Positions 1 through 11,489 of a DNA stretch of 64,000 bases are shown here, piece by piece. The translations under genes and the position numbers were made by a program. How positions within the stretch are numbered: position 1 is the first letter of the stretch; every line of letters starts with the position of its first letter. Below the pieces are notes generated by a model. That model was not told the DNA's origin. It was given only the letters and a program-made list of their open reading frames with translations, and did not search any database. The DNA comes from Eledone cirrhosa (Eukaryota), in contig OZ024742.1 of NCBI GenBank assembly GCA_964016885.1, positions 369,458,001-369,522,000 of the forward strand, in the 5' to 3' direction.

Positions 1-3000
1 CAGTGATGTCTGGTCTATATACAGTGTTATGAGCAACTGTACATATGTCATGTTCAAATGTTGTATGATCACCATATTATGTCTGTTGGCCAGTGATGTC
101 TGGTCTATATACAGTGTTATGAGCAACTCTACAGATGTCATGTTCAAATGTTGTATGATCACCATAATATATATTTTGGCCAGTGATGTCTGGTCTATAT
201 ACAGTGTTATGAGCAACTCTACAGATCGCATGTTCAAATGTTGTATGATCACCATATTATATCTGTTGGCCAGTGATGTCTGGTCTATATACAGTGTTAT
301 GAGCAACTCTACAGATGTCATGTTCAAATGTTGTATGATCACCATAATATATATATTGGCCAGTGATGTCTGGTCTATATACAGTGTTATGAGCAACTCT
401 ACAGATCGCATGTTCAAATGTTGTATGATCACCATATTATATCTGTTGGCCAGTGATGTCTGGTCTATATACAGTGTTATGAGCAACTGTACAGATGTCA
501 TGTTCAAATGTTGTATGATCACCATATTATATCTGTTGGCCAGTGATGTCTGGTCTATATACAGTGTTATGAGCAACTGTACAGATGTCATGTTCAAATG
601 TTGTATGATCACCATATTATATCTGTTGGCCAGTGATGTCTGGTCTATATACAGTGTTATGAGCAACTGTACAGATGTCAGGTTCAAATGTTGTATGATC
701 ACCATATTATATCTGTTGGCCAGTGATGCCTGGTCTATATACAGTGTTATGAGCAACTCTAAAGATGTCATGTTCAAATGTTGTATGATCACCATATTAT
801 ATCTGTTGGCCAGTGATGTCTGGTCTATATACAGTGTTATGAGCAACTCTACAGATGTCATGTTCAAATGTTGTATGATCACCATATTATATCTGTTAGC
901 CAGTGATATCTGGTCTATATACAGTGTTATGAGCAACTGTACAGATGTCATGTTCAAATGTTGTATGATCACCATATTATATCTGTTGGCCAGTGATATC
1001 TGGTCTATATACAGTGTTATGAGCAACTCTACAGATCTCTTGTTCAAATGTTGTATGATCACCATATTATATCTGTTGGCCAGTGATATCTGGTCTATAT
1101 ACAGTGTTATGAGCAACTCTACAGATCTCTTGTTCAAATGTTGTATGATCACCATATTATATCTGTTGGCCAGTGATGTCTGGTCTATATACAGTGTTAT
1201 GAGCAACTCTACAGATGTCATGTTCAAATGTTGTATGATCACCATATTATATCTGTTGGCCAGTGATGTCTGGTCTATATACAGTGTTATGAGCAACTGT
1301 ACAGATCTCATGTTCAAATGTTGTATGATCACCATATTATATCTGTTGGCCAGTGATGTCTGGTCTATATACAGTGTTATGAGCAACTGTACAGATCTCA
1401 TGTTCAAATGTTGTATGATCACCATATTATATCTGTTGGCCAGTGATGTCTGGTCTATATACAGTGTTATGAGCAACTGTACAGATGTCATGTTCAAATG
1501 TTGTATGGTCACCATATTATATCTGTTGGCCAGTGATGTCTGGTCTATATAAAGTGTTATGAGCAACTGTACAGATGTCATGTTCAAATGTTGTATGATC
1601 ACCATATCATATCTGTTGGCCAGTGATGTCTGGTCTATATACAGTGATATGAGCAACTGTACAGATGTCATGTTTAAATGTTGTATGATCACCATATTAT
1701 GTCTGTTGGCCAGTGATGTCTGGTCTATATACAGTGTTATGAGCAACTGTACAGATGTCATGTTCAAATGTTGTATGATCGCAATATTATATCTGTTGGC
1801 CAGTGATGTCTGGTCTATATACAGTGATATGAGCAACTCTACAGATGTCATGTTCAAATGTTGTATGATCACCATATTATATCTGTTGGCCAGTGATGTC
1901 TGGTCTATATACAGTGTTATGAGCAACTGTACAGATGTCATGTTCAGATGTTGTATGATCACCATATTATATCTGTTGGCCAGTGATGTCTGGTCTATAT
2001 ACAGTGTTATGAGCAACTGTACAGATGTCATGTTCAGATGTTGTATGATCACCATATTATATCTGTTGGCCAGTGATGTCGGGTCTATATACAGTGTTAT
2101 GAGCAACTCTAAAGATGTCATGTTCAAATGTTGTATGATCACCATATTATATCTGTTGGCCAGTGATGTCTGGTCTATATACAGTGTTATGAGCAACTCT
2201 ACAGATCTCTTGTTCAAATGTTGTATGATCACCATATTATATCTGTTGGCCAGTGATGTCTGGTCTATATACAGTAATATGAGCAACTCTACAGATGTCA
2301 TGTTCAAATGTTGTATGATCACCATATTATATCTGTTGGCCAGTGATGTCTGGTCTATATACAGTGATATGAGCAACTGTACAGATGTCTTGTTCAAATG
2401 TTGTATGATCACCATATTATATCTGTTGGCCAGTGATGTCTGGTCTATATACAGTGTTATGAGCAACTGTACAGATGTCATGTTCAAATGTTGTATGATC
2501 GCAATATTATATCTGTTGGCCAGTGATGTCTGGTCTATATACAGTGTTATGAGCAACTGTACAGATGTCATGTTCAAATGTTGTATGATCACCATATTAT
2601 ATCTGTTGGCCAGTGATGTCTGGTCTATATACAGTGTTATGAGCAACTGTACAGATGTCATGTTCAGATGTTGTATGATCACCATATTATATCTGTTGGC
2701 CAGTGATGTCTGGTCTATATACAGTGTTATGAGCAACTGTACAGATGTCATGTTCAAATGTTATATGATCACCATATTATATCTGTTGGCCAGTGATATC
2801 TGGTTTATATACACTGTTATGAGCAACTCTACAGATCTCATGTTCAAATGTTATATGATCACCATATTATATCTGTTGGCCAGTGATGTCTGGTCTATAT
2901 ACACTGTTATGAGCAACTGTACAGATGTCATGTTCAAATGTTATATGATCACCATATTATATCTGTTGGCCAGTGATATCTGGTCTATATACAGTGTTAT

Positions 3001-6000
3001 GAGCAACTCTACAGATCTCTTGTTCAAATGTTGTATGATCACCATATTATATATGTTGGCCAGTGATGTCTGGTCTATATACAGTGTTATGAGCAACTGT
3101 ACAGATGTCATGTTCAAATGTTGTATGATCACCATATTATATCTGTTGGCCAGTGATGTCTGGTCTATATACAGTGTTATGAGCTACTCTAAAGATGTCA
3201 TGTTCAGATGTTGTATGATAACCATATTATATCTGTTGGCAAGTGATGTCTGGTCTATATACAGTGTTATGAGCAACTGTACAGATCTCATGTTCAAATG
3301 TTGTATGATCACCATATTATATCTGTTGGCCAGTGATGTCTGGTCTATATACAGTGTTATGAGCAACTGTACAGATCTCATGTTCAAATGTTGTATGATC
3401 ACCATATTATATCTGTTGGCCAGTGATGTCTGGTCTATATACAGTGTTATGAGCAACTGTACAGATGTCATGTTCAAATGTTGTATGATCACCATATCAT
3501 ATCTGTTGGCCAGTGATGTCTGGTCTATATACAGTGATATGAGCAACTCTACAGATGTCATGTTCAAATGTTGTATGATCACCATATTATATCTGTTGGC
3601 CAGTGATGTCTGGTCTATATACAGTGTTATGAGCAACTGTACAGATGTCATGTTCAGATGTTGTATGATCACCATATTATATCTGTTGGCCAGTGATGTC
3701 GGGTCTATATACAGTGTTATGAGCAACTCTAAAGATGTCATGTTCAAATGTTGTATGATCACCATATTATATCTGTTGGCCAGTGATGTCTGGTCTATAT
3801 ACAGTGTTATGAGCAACTCTACAGATCTCTTGTTCAAATGTTGTATGATCACCATATTATATCTGTTGGCCAGTGATGTCTGGTCTATATACAGTAATAT
3901 GAGCAACTCTACAGATGTCATGTTCAAATGTTGTATGATCACCATATTATATCTGTTGGCCAGTGATGTCTGGTCTATATACAGTGATATGAGCAACTGT
4001 ACAGATGTCTTGTTCAAATGTTGTATGATCACCATATTATATCTGTTGGCCAGTGATGTCTGGTCTATATACAGTGTTATGAGCAACTGTACAGATGTCA
4101 TGTTCAAATGTTGTATGATCGCAATATTATATCTGTTGGCCAGTGATGTCTGGTCTATATACAGTGTTATGAGCAACTGTACAGATGTCATGTTCAAATG
4201 TTGTATGATCACCATATTATATCTGTTGGCCAGTGATGTCTGGTCTATATACAGTAATATGAGCAACTCTACAGATGTCATGTTCAAATGTTGTATGATC
4301 ACCATATTATATCTGTTGGTCAGTGATGTCTGGTCTATATACAGTGATATGAGCAACTGTACAGATGTCTTGTTCAAATGTTGTATGATCACCATATTAT
4401 ATCTGTTGGCCAGTGATGTCTGGTCTATATACAGTGTTATGAGCAACTGTACAGATGTCATGTTCAAATGTTGTATGATCGCAATATTATATCTGTTGGC
4501 CAGTGATGTCTGGTCTATATACAGTGTTATGAGCAACTGTACTAATGTATTGTTCAAATGTTGTATGATCACCATATTATATCTGTTGGCCAGTGATGTC
4601 TGGTCTATATACAGTGTTATGAGTAACTCTAAAGATGTCATGTTCAAATGTTGTATGATCACCATATTATATCTGTTGGCCAGTGATGTCTGGTCTATAT
4701 ACAGTGTTATGAGCAACTATACAGATGTCATGTTCAAATGTTGTATGATCACCATATTATATCTGTTGACCAGTGATGTCTGGTCTATATACAGTGTTAT
4801 GAGCAACTGTACAGATGTCATGTTCAAATGTTGTATGATCACCATATTATATCTGTTGGCCAGTGATATCTGGTCTATATACAGTGATATGAGCAACTCT
4901 ACAGATCTCATGTTCAAATGTTGTATGATCACCATATTATATCTGTTGGCCAGTGATGTCTGGTCTATATACAGTGTTATGAGCAACTCTACAGATGTCA
5001 TGTTCAAATGTTGTATGATCGCAATATTATATCTGTTGGCCAGTGATGTCTGGTCTATATACAGTGTTATGAGCAACTCTAAAGACCTCATGTTCAAATG
5101 TTATATGATCACCATATTATATCTGTTGGCCAGTGATGTCTGGTCTATATACAGTGTTATGAGCAACTGTACAGATGTCATGTTCAAATGTTGTATGATC
5201 ACCATATTATATCTGTTGGCCAGTATGTCTGGTCTATATACAGTGTTATGAGCAACTCTACAGATCTCATGTTCAAATGTTGTATGAAAACCATATTATA
5301 TCTGTTGGCCAGTGATGTCTGGTCTATATACAGTGTTATGAGCAACTGTACAAATGTCATGTTCAAATGTTGTATGATCACCATATTATATCTCTTGGCC
5401 AGTGATGTTTGGTCTATATACAGTGTTATTAGCAAGTGTACAGATGTCATGTTCAAATGTTGTATGATCACCATATTATATCTGTTGGCCAGAGATGTCT
5501 GGTCTATATACAGTGTTATGAGCAACTCTACAGATCGCATGTTCAAATGTTGTATGATCACCATATTATATCTGTTGGCCAGTGATGTCTGGTCTATATA
5601 CAGTGTTATGAGCAACTCTACAGATCTCTTGTTCAAATCTTGTATGATCACCATATTATATCTGTTGGCCAGTGATGTCTGGTCTATATACAGTGTTATG
5701 AGCAACTGTACATATGTCATGTTCAAATGTTGTATGATCACCATATTATGTCTGTTGGCCAGTGATGTCTGGTCTATATACAGTGTTATGAGCAACTCTA
5801 CAGATGTCATGTTCAAATGTTGTATGATCACCATAATATATATTTTGGCCAGTGATGTCTGGTCTATATACAGTGTTATGAGCAACTCTACAGATCGCAT
5901 GTTCAAATGTTGTATGATCACCATATTATATCTGTTGGCCAGTGATGTCTGGTCTATATACAGTGTTATGAGCAACTCTACAGATGTCATGTTCAAATGT

Positions 6001-9000
6001 TGTATGATCACCATAATATATATATTGGCCAGTGATGTCTGGTCTATATACAGTGTTATGAGCAACTCTACAGATCGCATGTTCAAATGTTGTATGATCA
6101 CCATATTATATCTGTTGGCCAGTGATGTCTGGTCTATATACAGTGTTATGAGCAACTGTACAGATGTCATGTTCAAATGTTGTATGATCACCATATTATA
6201 TCTGTTGGCCAGTGATGTCTGGTCTATATACAGTGTTATGAGCAACTGTACAGATGTCATGTTCAAATGTTGTATGATCACCATATTATATCTGTTGGCC
6301 AGTGATGTCTGGTCTATATACAGTGTTATGAGCAACTGTACAGATGTCAGGTTCAAATGTTGTATGATCACCATATTATATCTGTTGGCCAGTGATGCCT
6401 GGTCTATATACAGTGTTATGAGCAACTCTAAAGATGTCATGTTCAAATGTTGTATGATCACCATATTATATCTGTTGGCCAGTGATGTCTGGTCTATATA
6501 CAGTGTTATGAGCAACTCTACAGATGTCATGTTCAAATGTTGTATGATCACCATATTATATCTGTTAGCCAGTGATATCTGGTCTATATACAGTGTTATG
6601 AGCAACTGTACAGATGTCATGTTCAAATGTTGTATGATCACCATATTATATCTGTTGGCCAGTGATATCTGGTCTATATACAGTGTTATGAGCAACTCTA
6701 CAGATCTCTTGTTCAAATGTTGTATGATCACCATATTATATCTGTTGGCCAGTGATATCTGGTCTATATACAGTGTTATGAGCAACTCTACAGATCTCTT
6801 GTTCAAATGTTGTATGATCACCATATTATATCTGTTGGCCAGTGATGTCTGGTCTATATACAGTGTTATGAGCAACTCTACAGATGTCATGTTCAAATGT
6901 TGTATGATCACCATATTATATCTGTTGGCCAGTGATGTCTGGTCTATATACAGTGTTATGAGCAACTGTACAGATCTCATGTTCAAATGTTGTATGATCA
7001 CCATATTATATCTGTTGGCCAGTGATGTCTGGTCTATATACAGTGTTATGAGCAACTGTACAGATCTCATGTTCAAATGTTGTATGATCACCATATTATA
7101 TCTGTTGGCCAGTGATGTCTGGTCTATATACAGTGTTATGAGCAACTGTACAGATGTCATGTTCAAATGTTGTATGGTCACCATATTATATCTGTTGGCC
7201 AGTGATGTCTGGTCTATATAAAGTGTTATGAGCAACTGTACAGATGTCATGTTCAAATGTTGTATGATCACCATATCATATCTGTTGGCCAGTGATGTCT
7301 GGTCTATATACAGTGATATGAGCAACTGTACAGATGTCATGTTTAAATGTTGTATGATCACCATATTATGTCTGTTGGCCAGTGATGTCTGGTCTATATA
7401 CAGTGTTATGAGCAACTGTACAGATGTCATGTTCAAATGTTGTATGATCGCAATATTATATCTGTTGGCCAGTGATGTCTGGTCTATATACAGTGATATG
7501 AGCAACTCTACAGATGTCATGTTCAAATGTTGTATGATCACCATATTATATCTGTTGGCCAGTGATGTCTGGTCTATATACAGTGTTATGAGCAACTGTA
7601 CAGATGTCATGTTCAGATGTTGTATGATCACCATATTATATCTGTTGGCCAGTGATGTCTGGTCTATATACAGTGTTATGAGCAACTGTACAGATGTCAT
7701 GTTCAGATGTTGTATGATCACCATATTATATCTGTTGGCCAGTGATGTCGGGTCTATATACAGTGTTATGAGCAACTCTAAAGATGTCATGTTCAAATGT
7801 TGTATGATCACCATATTATATCTGTTGGCCAGTGATGTCTGGTCTATATACAGTGTTATGAGCAACTCTACAGATCTCTTGTTCAAATGTTGTATGATCA
7901 CCATATTATATCTGTTGGCCAGTGATGTCTGGTCTATATACAGTAATATGAGCAACTCTACAGATGTCATGTTCAAATGTTGTATGATCACCATATTATA
8001 TCTGTTGGCCAGTGATGTCTGGTCTATATACAGTGATATGAGCAACTGTACAGATGTCTTGTTCAAATGTTGTATGATCACCATATTATATCTGTTGGCC
8101 AGTGATGTCTGGTCTATATACAGTGTTATGAGCAACTGTACAGATGTCATGTTCAAATGTTGTATGATCGCAATATTATATCTGTTGGCCAGTGATGTCT
8201 GGTCTATATACAGTGTTATGAGCAACTGTACAGATGTCATGTTCAAATGTTGTATGATCACCATATTATATCTGTTGGCCAGTGATGTCTGGTCTATATA
8301 CAGTGTTATGAGCAACTGTACAGATGTCATGTTCAGATGTTGTATGATCACCATATTATATCTGTTGGCCAGTGATGTCTGGTCTATATACAGTGTTATG
8401 AGCAACTGTACAGATGTCATGTTCAAATGTTATATGATCACCATATTATATCTGTTGGCCAGTGATATCTGGTTTATATACACTGTTATGAGCAACTCTA
8501 CAGATCTCATGTTCAAATGTTATATGATCACCATATTATATCTGTTGGCCAGTGATGTCTGGTCTATATACACTGTTATGAGCAACTGTACAGATGTCAT
8601 GTTCAAATGTTATATGATCACCATATTATATCTGTTGGCCAGTGATATCTGGTCTATATACAGTGTTATGAGCAACTCTACAGATCTCTTGTTCAAATGT
8701 TGTATGATCACCATATTATATATGTTGGCCAGTGATGTCTGGTCTATATACAGTGTTATGAGCAACTGTACAGATGTCATGTTCAAATGTTGTATGATCA
8801 CCATATTATATCTGTTGGCCAGTGATGTCTGGTCTATATACAGTGTTATGAGCTACTCTAAAGATGTCATGTTCAGATGTTGTATGATAACCATATTATA
8901 TCTGTTGGCAAGTGATGTCTGGTCTATATACAGTGTTATGAGCAACTGTACAGATCTCATGTTCAAATGTTGTATGATCACCATATTATATCTGTTGGCC

Positions 9001-9045
9001 AGTGATGTCTGGTCTATATACAGTGTTATGAGCAACTGTACAGAT
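1..9045. repeat. Higher-order duplication: ~1-3376 repeated at ~5670-9045 (period 5669 bp = 63 monomers - 1 bp)
   Basis: Rare variants recur in the same order: ATATTTTGGC at 171/5840, GTCAGGTTC at ~681/6350, TAA stop at 1552/7221, GGGTC at 2081/7750, AGCTACTCTAAAG at ~3182/8851. Confidence 0.93.
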
Positions 9046-10915
9046 GTCATGTTCAAATGTTGTATGATCACCATGTTATATCTGTTGGCCAGTGATATCT
9101 GGTCTATATCCAGTGTTATGAGCAACTGTACAGATCTCATGTTCAAATGTTGTATGATCACCATATTATATCTGTTGGCCAGTGATGTCTGGTCTATATA
9201 CAGTGTTATGAGCAACTCTACAGATGTCATGTTGAAATGTTGTATGATCACCATATTATATCTGTTGGCCAGTGATGTCTGGTCTATATACAGTGTTATG
9301 AGCAACTGTACAGATGTCATGTTCAGATGTTGTATGATCACCATATTATATCTGTTGGCCAGTGATGTCGGGTCTATATACAGTGTTATGAGCAACTCTA
9401 AAGATGTCATGTTCAAATGTTGTATGATCACCATATTATATCTGTTGGCCAGTGATGTCTGGTCTATATACAGTGTTATGAGCAACTCTACAGATCTCTT
9501 GTTCAAATGTTGTATGATCACCATATTATATCTGTTGGCCAGTGATGTCTGGTCTATATACAGTAATATGAGCAACTCTACAGATGTCATGTTCAAATGT
9601 TGTATGATCACCATATTATATCTGTTGGCCAGTGATGTCTGGTCTATATACAGTGATATGAGCAACTGTACAGATGTCTTGTTCAAATGTTGTATGATCA
9701 CCATATTATATCTGTTGGCCAGTGATGTCTGGTCTATATACAGTGTTATGAGCAACTGTACAGATGTCATGTTCAAATGTTGTATGATCGCAATATTATA
9801 TCTGTTGGCCAGTGATGTCTGGTCTATATACAGTGTTATGAGCAACTGTACAGATGTCATGTTCAAATGTTGTATGATCACCATATTATATCTGTTGGCC
9901 AGTGATGTCTGGTCTATATACAGTGTTATGAGCAACTGTACAGATGTCATGTTCAGATGTTGTATGATCACCATATTATATCTGTTGGCCAGTGATGTCT
10001 GGTCTATATACAGTGTTATGAGCAACTGTACAGATGTCATGTTCAAATGTTATATGATCACCATATTATATCTGTTGGCCAGTGATATCTGGTTTATATA
10101 CACTGTTATGAGCAACTCTACAGATCTCATGTTCAAATGTTATATGATCACCATATTATATCTGTTGGCCAGTGATGTCTGGTCTATATACACTGTTATG
10201 AGCAACTGTACAGATGTCATGTTCAAATGTTATATGATCACCATATTATATCTGTTGGCCAGTGATATCTGGTCTATATACAGTGTTATGAGCAACTCTA
10301 CAGATCTCTTGTTCAAATGTTGTATGATCACCATATTATATATGTTGGCCAGTGATGTCTGGTCTATATACAGTGTTATGAGCAACTGTACAGATGTCAT
10401 GTTCAAATGTTGTATGATCACCATATTATATCTGTTGGCCAGTGATGTCTGGTCTATATACAGTGTTATGAGCTACTCTAAAGATGTCATGTTCAGATGT
10501 TGTATGATAACCATATTATATCTGTTGGCAAGTGATGTCTGGTCTATATACAGTGTTATGAGCAACTGTACAGATCTCATGTTCAAATGTTGTATGATCA
10601 CCATATTATATCTGTTGGCCAGTGATGTCTGGTCTATATACAGTGTTATGAGCAACTGTACAGATGTCATGTTCAAATGTTGTATGATCACCATGTTATA
10701 TCTGTTGGCCAGTGATATCTGGTCTATATCCAGTGTTATGAGCAACTGTACAGATCTCATGTTCAAATGTTGTATGATCACCATATTATATCTGTTGGCC
10801 AGTGATGTCTGGTCTATATACAGTGTTATGAGCAACTCTACAGATGTCATGTTGAAATGTTGTATGATCACCATATTATATCTGTTGGCCAGTGATGTCT
10901 GGTCTATATACAGTG
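7620..10915. repeat. Tandem duplication of an 18-monomer (1620-bp) unit
   Basis: GGGTC at 7750/9370, GGTTTATATACACTG at 8471/10091 and GTTGAAATG at 9231/10851. Identical minus-strand ORFs lie at 8610-8804 and 10230-10424. Confidence 0.92.
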
Positions 10916-11489
10916 ATATGAGCAACTCTACAGATGTCATGTTCAAATGTTGTATGATCACCATATTATATCTGTTGGCCAGTGATGTCTGGTCTATATA
11001 CAGTGTTATGAACAACTCTACAGATCTCTTGTTCAAATGTTGTATGATCACCATATTATATCTGTTGGCCAGTGATGTCTGGTCTATATACAGTGTTATG
11101 AGCAACTCTACAGATGTCATGTTGAAATGTTGTATGATCACCATATTATATCTGTTGGCCAGTGATATCTGGTCTATATACAGTGATATGAGCAACTGTA
11201 CAGATGTCATGTTCAAATGTTGTATGATCACCATATTATATCTGTTGGCCAGTGATGTCTGGTCTATATACAGTGTTATGAGCAACTGTACAGATGTCAT
11301 GTTCAAATGTTGTATGATCACCATATTATATCTGTTGGCCAGTGATATCTGGTCTATATACAGTGATATGAGCAACTGTACAGATGTCATGTTCAAATGT
11401 TGTATGATCACCATATTATATCTGTTGGCCAGTGATATCTGGTCTATATACAGTGATATGAGCAACTGTACAGATCACTTGTTCAAATG

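Noticed and set aside
16-21. TATATA as a TATA box or promoter in each monomer
   Set aside because: It is a short AT motif expected by chance in a 63% AT repeat, and there is no downstream gene or other promoter evidence.
1-90. Tandem tRNA, 5S rRNA, snRNA or spliced-leader gene array
   Set aside because: I see no cloverleaf, convincing A/B boxes, Sm site, poly-T terminator or spacer. GTTCAAAT resembles a B-box fragment (GTTCRANNC) but lacks the final C and any tRNA context.
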